Below are positions 1 through 11,622 of a DNA stretch of 46,582 bases, piece by piece. Source of the stretch: Nemertoderma westbladi (Eukaryota; Animalia; Xenacoelomorpha); the NCBI GenBank assembly GCA_032718475.1, contig JAUCBJ010005713.1, forward strand, positions 1 through 46,582, read 5' to 3'. The notes under the pieces are model-generated. The model had not been told where the DNA came from. It searched no databases and worked only from the letters and a program-made list of their open reading frames with translations. A program made the position numbers and the translations under genes. Within the stretch, counting starts at the first letter, position 1; each line of letters starts with the position of its first letter.

Positions 1-1238
1 TGCTTACTGCAATAAAGAAGCTATATCCTTTAATGTTCGCGCTTTCAGACCTTTGGCAGTTTAACCCGCCAAATTAAGATGTCTTCTAGATATTAAATCG
101 CTTTTTAGCCTATGACAAGTATTTGATTCACTACACTAGTCGAAACCAATCCGTGCGCGACCATTCACCCGCTGGATATTCCCGGGAGATTGGGTTCGAC
201 GGTTTAATTTTGTTGCTATGTAAGCCTAATGTATTATTCGACTGACAGTATTATATAATCTCTGACAATATTATTCACCTTAGGTAATATTAACAGTTCC
301 TTTAGGACGTGGCGCTTTATCTACTTAAACAGAGTTATGACTTAAACTACTCACAACGATATGGCTTAATTATAATTCACATATATGGCGCATTCTTTAG
401 GAATGCTTCTTTAACAGACTCACTCATACACAATGCTGCACAATACTGCACACTAATCTGCCGATCTTCACTGATTTTAGTCACATATAAAAGGAACACA
501 GACTGACTCATGTAGGGTCTATCAAATAACATTAGATTCACTTCAAACCACTTTAACATAAGTCACAATCGTTTATCTGTAACCTTTCTCTCTTACCTTC
601 GGTATATCAAGAATATTGGGTGTCGGGGTTATTTCTCGTTATTCCAATATAATAATTCATCAACAAATATAATGAATAACCGACAACAAATAGCAGTATG
701 CAATATTCACAAAGCCAGTTATGCAGTACTGCAGTATGCAGTGATTACGAAATTGCAGAGTGTTTGTTTCGTCAGTTAAAGGATATATGTCCTTGTAATT
801 AAACCTACTAGTGTTGAGCTAAAAAGCATAAAACATAAAACACTAAAAGCCGTTCTTTCGTGGCTTTGAAAAACTCGTGACTACTGCTCTATACGAGTAT
901 ACCAACCACTCTTATTCCACGAAGCTCCCGTTCAACACAGAGAAAGAGCAGTGAGATAGGAAATTTTCAGTTCAGTACTCTGTGATTGGTCAAAATCAAG
1001 GCTAACTCAAAATTCTATTGGGAGATACAAAAACAAGGCTATGACGCAACCTCCCTAGGCTTGTTGGCCGATTAAACAGAGCCCAGATGCCTGCGTACAG
1101 CAAATCAGCCAATAAGCTGGTAACTTGCACTATTTTTAGCTGTAGATCACTTTGAGAGTATTCTTAGCGACTGGGGGGGAACTGGCCAACAAGGCAAACG
1201 AATCAGTTATCCCACAAAAGCTTTTACATTTGGTTTAA

Positions 1239-3658
1239 CACGTTCAAACATGTATCAAAATTTGCGCTAATTATTTCTGCATTCACCCATGCAACTCATT
1301 TTGGATGAGTACTAAATCCTCCTAGTCAATTAGCCCGATTATTATCGGGGAAACGATAATCAGAGAATATTCAGAGAAAGTATACTCTCTGACATTTGGA
1401 AATATTTACTACAGTTACTAAGGTAACTAACTATTCTGTGAACGGCACTCCCTTACATGTATTACCTGGCGTTGTGTAGTTCCTAGGCGACTGACTGTAT
1501 ACACTAAACACGCAGGCACAATCAAGCCGTTTTAAAGCAGCCCCCTGTGTTTTTTTTTAATAAGATTTAGTAGTTTACAGTATGTACCGCCGATGTTCTT
1601 AAAAATGTTAGCTATTTAATACTTATATTCGCAGCGATCGTATGTGAATAGGCCGTCCACCGTGGATGGTGGTACTAGTGTGTTTTGTGCGAGCACACCA
1701 CACCCCCCCCCCCCCCAAATTTGTTATACTAGCTAGTTTTTATTAATTTTAATGTTCTAGAACATATTATCTATTAATTTAATATGAAAATTATGTTATA
1801 GAACAAAACTTTTTTTTATATTAATTGTATATCTTTATAGTAGCTATTTTAAATTTGAAAAATAGTACAGGGATTTAAATAACCATGAAATCTGTAGACC
1901 CATAAATAATATTCTAAGTGCTGCTGAATTTCAACGTAATATGCAGCCTGGTATACTCTGTGTTCCACCAACTCATACAGAACAGTCGCAAATTATAGAG
2001 GATAAATTGTTTCAGAAGTATTTGCACTGGGTTTTAATACGAATTTTAACGTGTAAAGATCCCTCATTCCCGCAATTCTCTGGATGGAATATTAAGACCT
2101 TACAGCCTCCTGTTGGTTCGGTTATTACTAACAAGGTTGGAAAAACCGAATTGAAATACTTACCCCCCCCCCCCCCCCCCCCCCGTTTCTAGTCCAGTAT
2201 CAGAATTTGGTACGATAAAAAAGGTATTTGGCATAATTTTAAAGCGTTGTGATGTTGTAAAATGTAAATATGCCAATGTTACTGTGGATGTTGGTGCTGC
2301 AATGAATGCGTATCGAGTATTGTGGAATGACCATATTTATATATTTAATAGCATTTTTCTTCACCTAGGGGACTTTCACTTAATGAGGGAATGTTTCGGA
2401 ATTTTAGGAAAATTAATATCAGGCTCTGGGTTTGAAGACATCATAATCAGTCAGGGATTTGTACATATGGGGCGATAAGTAGCATTATATCAACTTCACC
2501 ACATTACAACCGGTGTTGGTACATACATCATTTTTCTGAGTCTCTTGAAAGGCTTATGTTTGAACGATTTGTAATAGAACAACCCGAACTGGAGTGGAGG
2601 ATATCGAAATCAAAGCAAAATTTACGTACTGATCTCGCAAATGAACAATGCGAACACGACAAATACATTTTGCAGCAGTACAGTAAATTTACTAATGACT
2701 GCAAATTAGGACTCCTATGTTTTGGACAACTTGTTACCTTGAAATATACACTGCAATCCAAGCTCTTCACTGCGCAGTACAAACAAATAACTACCATTTT
2801 GAGATTATATGCATGGAAGTACCTTATAGCATGGGCGTTTTCACTAAACAAACAAAACTATTCTCGATTTGGCTCATATTACATCAGAAGTTTAGAGACT
2901 ATTACACGGACATTTAATAGTATTTTACCATCCTACACGCCTTCCAATGTTGATATATTTATTACCTTACAGAAAACTATATAAGATATTACTTTTCCTT
3001 TAATACACCCGATTTACTGATATACCTACTTACTTATATTGTAATATATTCATTGATTGCATTGCATTTCTGTTCTGTTCTGTTCTGTACGTTTCGTTTA
3101 TGGCAAATTATATTCCCTCTGGTAAACAAAATTTGTTGCTGTTAAATAAATAATTACAATTATATTGAAGAAATGACAATTTATTTTAGTAAATATCATT
3201 TTCCTAATTGTTAAGAATATTATAACTTTGCTTCGGTTTTTGTCACAACATAATAAGCTACTGTAGTAGAAAAGTTTGAAAACGAAAGTATAAAATTCTG
3301 ACTCTCAGAACGTCAGTTCCATCTTTGTATTATTTTTATAAGAATTTTCAACGATCTGTGACTCAGTTTATGTATAAGCGCATGAATTTTGTATAATACA
3401 TTAAAAAACAATTAATATAATGTAAGGAATCGCCTACACTGGTACACAACATAGGCCTACAGTACATATAGTTGCCTAGTAACTGTAGTAAATATTTCCA
3501 AATGTCAGAGAGTATACTTTCTCTGAATATTCTCTGATTATCGTTTCCCCGATAATAATCGGGCTAATTGACTAGGAGGATTTAGTACTCATCCAAAATG
3601 AGTTGCATGGGTGAATGCAGAAATAATTAGCGCAAATTTTGATACATGTTTGAACGTG
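1239..3658 (+). mobile_element. Internally degenerate TIR DNA transposon with CAC...GTG termini, 182-bp TIRs and a 4-bp TTAA TSD (Chapaev/CMC-like, superfamily tentative)
   Basis: 1239-1420 is the reverse complement of 3477-3658. TTAA lies at 1235-1238 and 3659-3662. Transposase-like remnants are inside. Confidence 0.8.
1941..2920 (+). pseudogene. Frameshifted DNA-transposase-like remnant
   Basis: Fragments in several frames: FSGWN..YLPP, DVGAAMNAYRVLW..LHLGDFHLMRECFGILGKLISGSGFEDI, FWTTCYLEI, AFSLNKQNYSRFGSYYI. I recognise these as typical of invertebrate DNA-transposon ORFs. A poly-C run at about 2164-2184 breaks the frame. Confidence 0.65.
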
Positions 3659-4447
3659 TTAAACCAAAGTAGCTACATTTTATGGCAGTTAATGTAAATG
3701 TTGGATTCTTAAAAAAAGTGAATGTATTTTGTTCTCATGTAAATTTATCGCATTTAAAAAATAAAAGTGGCGATAAATTTGTATTTAAATTAATCGCCGG
3801 TCTTCCCTCTATAAGAAAAATGTTCATTTGAAAAAATTGATTGCATTTATATTCAACCAGAGGGCCCAACATAGAGTTAGGTAGGGGTCGGCTAGCTAGT
3901 TTGTTTTTGGCCTGTAGTTCTAGAATGCAAATTAGCTATACCGATCACCAACTGTGTTCTGACGTCTAACATGGTCCTCCATCCAAAAATAATAGTCTCG
4001 TTAATTTACCGAAGGTATTGCGCTTAATGCCGCCAGAGCCCGTACTATAATGTTTGTTATTTTTAAACTATAAAGTGCAGGAAAAAGTTCCCTGATCAAT
4101 ACTAAATAAATTATTATAGTAGCTCCTTAAAGGACGAACCTTTGCCATAGCGTTTAAAGCGCTGGTACAGTATAATGTTGAAAGGGAACCGCCATATTAA
4201 CATGTCTTCATTGTTTGGAAATAAGGAGATGCAGATTGTAGAATAGGCTTGTGATGTCTACGAAATCCAAAACATTGGATTCAATTACTGGAACATTAGC
4301 CTAATATCTTGATGTGGCATTTAATGACGTGTTTGGAGAGAAGGCCTTAATTAATTTTGTAGAATTATTTCTGTAACTTATTGGGAAAGTGACCCATTTT
4401 TAGTTTTAAATAAATGTTTATTGGGCAAATGACTCGTCTGCTTTTTA

Positions 4448-6336
4448 TTGGGCAAGTGGTATATTGGGCAAGTGGTATATTGCATTGGGCAAGTGGTATA
4501 TTGCATTGGGCAAGTGACTCATTGGACAAGTGGTATATTGCATTGGGCAAGTGACTCATTGGGCAAGTGGTATATTGCATTGGGCGAGTGACTCATTGGG
4601 CACTTGGTATATTGGGCAAGTGGTATATTGCATTGGGCAAGTGACTCATTGGGCACTTGGTATATTGGGAAAGTGGTATATTGCATTGGGCAAGTGACTC
4701 ATTGGGCAAGTGGTATATTGCATTGGGTAAGTGACTCATTGGGCACTTGGTATATTGGGCAAGTGGTATATTGGGCAAGTGGTATATTGCATTGGGCAAG
4801 TGGTATAATGGGCAAGTGGTATATTGCATTGGGCAAGTTGTATATTGCATTGGGCAAGTGGTATATTGCATTGGGCAAGTGACTCATTGGGCAAGTGGTA
4901 TATTGGGCAAGTGGTATATTGCATTGGGCAAGTGACTCATTGGGCACTTGGTATATTGGGCAAGTGGTATATTGCATTGGGCAAGTGACTCATTGGGCAA
5001 GTGGTATATTGGGCAAGTGGTATATTGCATTGGGCAAGTGACTCATTGGGCACTTGGTATATTGGACAAGTGGTATATTGCATTGGGAAAGTGACTCATT
5101 GGGCAAGTGGTATATTGCATTGGGCAAGTGACTCATTGGGCACTTGGTATATTGGGCAAGTGGTATATTGCATTGGGCAAGTGACTCATTGGGCAAGTGG
5201 TATATTGGGCAAGTAGTATATTGCATTGGGTAAGTGACTCATTGGGCACTTGGTATATTGGGCAAGTGGTATATTGGGCAAGTGGTATATTGCATTGGGC
5301 AAGTAGTATAATGGGCAAGTGGTATATTGCATTGGGCAAGTGACTCATTGGGTACTTGGTATATTGGGCAAGTGCATATTGCATTGGGCAAGTGACTCAT
5401 TGGGCAAGTGGTATATTGGGCAAGTGGTATATTGCATTGGGCAAGTGACTCATTGGGTACTTGGTATATTGGGCAAGTGGTATATTGCATTGGGCAAGTG
5501 GTATATTGCATTGGGCAAGTGACTCATTGGGCACTTGGTATATTGGGCAAGTGGTATATTGCATTGGGCAAGTGACTCATTGGGCAAGTGGTATATTGCA
5601 TTGGGCAAGTGACTCATTGGGCACTTGGTATATTGGGCAAGTGGTATATTGCATTGGGCAAGTGACTCATTGGGCAAGTGGTATATTGGGCAAGTGGTAT
5701 ATTGCATTGGGCAAGTGACTCATTGGGCACTTGGTATATTGGGCAAGTGGTATATTGCATTGGGCAAGTGACTCATTGGGCAAGTGGTATATTGCATTGG
5801 GCAAGTGACTCATTGGGAACTTGGTATATTGGGCAAGTGGTATATTGCATTGGGCAAGTGACTCATTGGGCAAGTGGTATATTGGGCAAGTAGTATATTG
5901 CATTGGGTAAGTGACTCATTGGGCACTTGGTATATTGGGCAAGTGGTATATTGCATTGGGCAAGTGGTATAATGGGCAAGTGGTATATTGCATTGGGCAA
6001 GTTGTATATTGCATTGGGCAAGTGGTATAATGGGTAAGTGGTATATTGCATTGGGCAAGTGACTCATTGGGCACTTGGTATATTGGGCAAGTGGTATATT
6101 GCATTGGGCAAGTGGTATATTGCATTGGGCAAGTGACTCATTGGGCAAGTGGTATATCGGGCAAGTGACTCATTGGGCACTTGGTCTATTGGGCAAGTGG
6201 TATATTGCATTGGGCAAGTGACTCATTGGGCAAGTGGTATATTTGGCAAGTGGTATATTGGGCAAGTGGTATATTACATTGGGCAAGTGGTATATTGGGC
6301 AAGTGGTATATTGCATTGGGCAAGTGACTGCACCCC
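4448..6336. repeat. Composite satellite of 16/21-bp units sharing a TTGGGCA core
   Basis: Units ttgggcaagtggtata, ttgggcaagtggtatattgca, ttgggcaagtgactca and ttgggcacttggtata are interleaved. The array ends in gactgcacccc. Confidence 0.97.
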
Positions 6337-6974
6337 AATGGAACAGGCTCTATATAAATGAGACGACATAATAAAACATGCTTTCAGTACTAGATCTTTC
6401 AATATCTATTAACATTCAAAGTACATTACAGAATTGCTTCTACACTTATATGAAATTATTTCAAATGCAGTCTCTATTGGTCTATCATTGCTGGTGTAGT
6501 CACCACCCAGCCCATAGATTTATTAAACTTAAAGCTTCCATAAAGACTTGAATTATAGTGATATTCTTCTTTTATTGTATTCCGATATGATGTAATTTTT
6601 ATTTGCTGTTTCTATTTGATTGATATCTGACTTACCCACACTATTCAGTGAACCTGTATCAATATTCACCCGTTTCGGGGACCTAATAGTTAATAATTAA
6701 CTGTTGTAATATTTTATAATAATTATATAGTTGGTGTGTTGTGTTGGGTAGTATAGGTACCTATCATGTTGCAGTAATATAATAATAGTGATTGTATTTG
6801 TAAATAAACGTGTATAAACATTGTTGTATGTTAACATTTATGTTAATTTTGAGAATCATTTGAAGTAAAGGTCATGTTTAATGCCTTTTCGTTTGTAGAT
6901 GAATTGAACGTTTCCTTAAAAATATTGTTCCGGATTTAAAAAAAAGTTACCTACTGTATTGTGATGTGTCTCAT

Positions 6975-7023
6975 CATGACCTACTATAATACGACCTGGC
7001 AAGGTAGGCCCTGGTAGGTCATG
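6975..7023. mobile_element. 49-bp micro-MITE-like insertion
   Basis: 10-bp TIR catgacctac/gtaggtcatg flanked by the direct repeat gtctcat (6968-6974, 7024-7030). Confidence 0.55.
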
Positions 7024-7896
7024 GTCTCATTTTCGTCCACAGTATTGAAAGCGCAATAGTAAATTTAGATGTACAAGGGAAAGGATCAGGTTACCATGGC
7101 ACTTTATTCTAACCAAAATAATAAACGATAGTCAGCAAACATTTACAGTTGAATTTTTCCTCGTAATCAGCTATAGTTTGCGTCGAGTTTCTTCAATGGG
7201 GATCAGCTTTGATATGTACTCCCCCCCCCCCCCCCCCACCCACCCACCTACCTGGCATGCTATGCGGGCATGGAAACTAATTAGGAGGAATTTATTAATG
7301 GGTATGCACTATGCGATATACAGTATATATAACTATCACATACCGACCATATACACATTTATTAATTATAATTCCGATAAAGGCATCATGCGTACTTAAC
7401 AGTTCATTTACATTTAAAATTATAGCAAGTAAAATTCTTAATTAGAGTAATTAAATTAAATACCAACAATAAAACAGGGTAGTTAATAATAAAGACATTC
7501 AAAATAAGGAATAGCCAATATTTTAATTAATATAATATAACAATTTAAATAAAGTGAAGGGTTGTACTTATGTATATATTAAATTGTCTATCGTGCAATT
7601 GTGTTAAAATTGTGCTAATTAAGTATATATCAGTAGTTTAGTATATAGATATTGTTGAATTGCCATACTGTACGTAATATATATACCATGCACAATATAT
7701 TTAGGCCTACAATCTGTATAGCAGTAAGTCAGTCTACCGGTCTTATCATTGAAAATGACGCCAGTTGGCGTATGAAATATTTGAATTTATTTAAATATTA
7801 TATTATATTAATTAAAATATTGGCTATTCCTTATTTTGAATATTTATATGGCTTACTTTGGTTGTTTGAATAAAATATATAATAAAAAACTGCTTT

Positions 7897-8447
7897 TTAT
7901 CCTAGCCATTGTGTTGGAGCCAGATTCTTGAGAGACTCAAGGTTAATATCAGGATCAGCTGCGAAAACTTGTGCAAGATAATCTAGGGATGGGATCACAG
8001 CTGTTGCGTACTTGGAGATAATCAATGACCATAAGGTTGCAACACCTATCGCTTCAGTATTTGGTACGACCCTTTTATTATCACCATTATCTTTATCTAG
8101 AGTTTCAGTGAAATATGATCCCCAAAGGTTTGAGCAGATTTCATCAATGTAATCGCTCTTTCCGCATTCTGCAGCGAGCTCTTCACATAAATAGACTGTT
8201 TCCCATTGAGTGCGCGATCTAACTGGGAATATATCCGCTCGCAAACTGTCTCCTATGTAAACCACTTTAGGGTGTGGCTTACCTAAGGCTCGAACTATAA
8301 ACTCATTCAGTTCAGTAAAATGGCCTCTGCTATAAACAGTACGACTATCTGTATCCATTACAACCGGCTTATCAAGATCTTCTTTCTGGGATTCAAAGTC
8401 GATGGCATAAAATGCATTGGGATTGTCTTTCGTGAAGAATCCGGGTC
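7897..8447 (-). CDS. NT5DC1: 5'-nucleotidase domain-containing protein 1-like (HAD family), 3' exon
   Basis: Open frame PGFFTKDN...VYSRGHF...KVVYIGDSLRADIFP...WETV (HAD motif IV GDxxxxD). It joins the 5' part in frame through the AG at 8449-8448. Confidence 0.85.
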
Positions 8448-8643
8448 CTACGAATTAGGGCCGACGAATTACCCAAAAAACTTCCCAAAATGACAAAAAA
8501 TAATATTTATCATAAACAATATATATATGAAAGATTCAGGTTAACTGTAACAATTTAAATTTTCATGATTTTTGTTTGTTTTACTTTAGGTAAATATTTG
8601 TGTTATTTTGTATTTCTTTTTTTTTTGGGTAATTCGTAGGACC
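8443..8643. mobile_element. 201-bp MITE (Mutator-like 9-bp TSD) in the NT5DC1 CDS; putative intron 8448-8642
   Basis: TIR ggtcctacgaatta at 8444-8457 and 8630-8643. TSD gaagaatcc (8434-8442) / gaagtatcc (8644-8652). Confidence 0.85.
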
Positions 8644-9411
8644 GAAGTATCCCGCTTTTTGTGCGTTACAGATAACAAAATCGAAATACTTTGTCCAATT
8701 AGTGTCATTGAGCGCCGTTGAGGCAACGAGATTGGCATAATCATAATGTGAAGTTGTCAGTAAAAATAAAATCTTTCCTGATACTCGTATATCTAATAAC
8801 CATTGTTTAACTTCATTGGAGCATTGGTCAATGAAACGCTCAGGGTTATTTATTACATTCGGAAACCAATTTCCCCGCTTACATTGAAAATTATCAGGGC
8901 GGTATAAAACACCGAAGCAGGAAATCAAATCGTGTATGATGGGCGCGTAATTTGGCGGCGACTCACACCTTTTGTCCAGAATATCAACTAACTTGGCAGC
9001 GATCAGCACGCCAACAGCATCGAAATTATTATCAAAAAGTCTGTAATTTGAACCTCCTTGATCCTGTGCAACGTTATCACGCAAACTTTGCCAATGTTTC
9101 CAGACACTGTCCTTGTACTTTGATTGAATTTCTTCTGTACTTAGCATTCGTGTACCATGCGAAGCTTTCACTATAACACCTTTATGGTCGACTTTAATGA
9201 AATCTCCATGCTCTATGTCCATGAAAATGCCCCTAAGTATGAAATCAATATCCTTGTCGTCCATCTCTAGAATGCTATCTTCATAACCTTTCTCTTTCAC
9301 CAAGTGCTCCGCCATACCTTTGTAAACAACCCTGTAACATTCCCTGATATTGTACCTCGCGAGAGTGTGATCTAAGTCAAGACCAATCGCATCGCAGCTG
9401 GACAACTTCAT
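8643..9411 (-). CDS. NT5DC1: 5'-nucleotidase domain-containing protein 1-like (HAD family), 5' exon
   Basis: MKLSSCDAIGLDLDHTLARY (HAD motif I DxDxT), ASHGTR, LFLLTTSHYDYA, YFDFVICNAQK. The spliced product would be 439 aa. Confidence 0.88.
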
Positions 9412-9618
9412 TGTTGATTTATTGTAGATAATGACTGCTGTAGATAATGAATTATATACTATAGGCGGGCGCCAGACAGTGAGAAAGATGGAAAATAATA
9501 ATAGAAAATAGGAACAGTTTATTATAATCAAAACTAGTTATATAATATAATGGAATGAATGATGCCTTTCGTGGCGTACAGTAAGCATACTCAAATGATA
9601 ACTATTTATGACGAATAC

Positions 9619-9732
9619 GGGTCTTGAGCCACGGCTAATATAAAATATTATTAGTCTACCATAGGTGAAATAGCTATATTATGGTAAACTAATAATATTT
9701 TAAAATAGCCGTGGCTAACTGGCACAAGACCC
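9619..9732. mobile_element. 114-bp hairpin MITE with GGGT...ACCC ends, upstream of NT5DC1
   Basis: gggtcttgagccacggcta..aaaatattattagtctaccata pairs with tatggtaaactaataatatttt..tagccgtggctaactggcacaagaccc. No TSD seen. Confidence 0.6.
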
Positions 9733-11622
9733 TTACTCACAGGTACAGATTATGGATTTACGGGCCCCTGGCAGTCCCAACTTACGGGCCCCTAACCCTA
9801 CTACCCCCCCCCCCACACCAATAGGGTTGGTGGACGAAAAAATTGTTGGGTTAGAAACAATTGAATACGGGGTAACAAGGTGCACTGAATCGAATGGCAG
9901 GGTGTGTTTTTTGTAAAACACGAGGAAACGCTCGAAATGACTGGTTTAATTAAGTAAGCGCGGGTCGCCAATTTTGAATATCGACTGTGATTGGCTGCTA
10001 CCGATTAGACGTCACTACACTGATAATTTTTTATCTTTGTTCTATGGATAGAGATTTTCGTCTCAATCATTTCACACGTGGCTTTTAACAATTGAAAGCG
10101 GAAAGTATTGCGCCCATGTGAAGAATACCAGGATTTCACTTTTCGGTCGACTTTTTATTGGAATTTTATATGAAGATTTTTTATTTTTTTTTATTTATCT
10201 TTATTAAGTGTTTTATAGCGCTTAGTTCTGTCTTATAACCTGTACATATACTAATTCGTTTATTGTTTTGGTTAGATTCAGCCCTTCTGTAACCTGTGGT
10301 TTTGGTGAAAATAACCTGGTATTCTTCACATGGGGGTAACCGCAAAGTGAAATATAACGGCAGAAAGTCTGGTATTCTTCACATGGGCCAAGTATTGCGC
10401 ATCTTTTGGCACTATAATTAATTAAATTCATGAAGAGGAACATTGATAAAATGTTATGCACAATTGTAAACTCGGCATATTGCCTGACCAGTATGCAAGC
10501 CTAATACAGCAGTTTCATGTTGTATTGAGTACGTTAAGGACCACATATTAGATTTACGGATTGATAATAACACTAAACGTGTATTACCGGTCAGCCGGTG
10601 TCACAGGCAAAAATGACGCACCCCCCCCCCCCCCACGCGAATTGCCGCACCGGGCATTTCAGCCTAGCGCCAAATGCCTCCCCAGAGCATTTTCACCCCA
10701 GATTTCGAGAGTGGTGGTCCGAAACCCGAATTTAAAGTGAAATGGCTGGCCGAAACCCTAATTAAAACCCTAAGTCATAAGGCTCTAATCTTAAGAAATT
10801 TTCTGGAATAAAGATACCAGCATTATTACTACTGTATGAGGATCAGAACACTGTCAGACTGTGACATACTTTGCAACCAGCTGACAAGTTACAAGTTATG
10901 TAGGTAGGCACAAACTTCTGCACAGCAAGGCTGTCAACTGAGTGCAAAAATCGCAAGGTGTTGTGCGCGGACACTATTAATTATAAAATAAGAATGCACT
11001 ACAGCACTAGGCCTATTCATTAAACTACTGTACATCGATTTATTTTGTGTGAATTGAATTGCTTGATGTGCGCGTTTTTTCGGTCCATGCGTGATAGGCC
11101 TATATGGTCCAATATTGCGCGGCTGAAAAATTGTGCGCGGGCGTTGTGCGCGGTTCAGTGGCGGTTTGTAGCCTGGCAGTGCACAGCGCTAAAAAGCTGA
11201 AAAGTGAAGTACTGAAACCACTGTGTTGACGCGATAACAACTGGAGCTGACTGACATACTGTAGTCAGTCAGTATTCAGTCATAAACAGGCTGACTTTAT
11301 GTTTGGTAGTTCTACGCAAACGCTAGTACCTGGCTACGCCAGTACCGGTACGCGTAGGATGGAAAGATCACCCGCAATCCAGTAATTACAATTCACTGAC
11401 AATTTTAATTGACACAGGCCTATTTAAATTTCCCTCCCTTGTTATCTTCCCTTTTTTATCGCATCGTGATTGGTATCTACTTTTTCAGGGAATTTCCTCA
11501 ACATCTCAATGTTGAGGAGAGAGTTGAAGTTTATGTTTTTAATTTACTAATCTATTTTTTTCGTTTTTACTTTGATAAAGCGATATAATTGTGCAAAAGT
11601 GTTTTGGTTGTGCCTACGTAGT

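Noticed and set aside
1-1200. Short ORFs and possible RNA genes
   Set aside because: No motifs, splice-consistent exons or tRNA/rRNA structure that I could support.
4365-6361. Many short repetitive ORFs (also at 13715-14719 and 22332-28654)
   Set aside because: They are translations of tandem repeats with no frame preference or splice context.
8575-8590. More canonical donor (GTAAAA) inside the MITE
   Set aside because: Joined to the AG at 8448 it puts exon 2 out of frame.
9412-9531. Hydrophobic N-terminal extension or signal peptide on NT5DC1
   Set aside because: It starts at a non-ATG codon in AT-rich sequence; the first ATG (9411) sits at the expected distance from HAD motif I.
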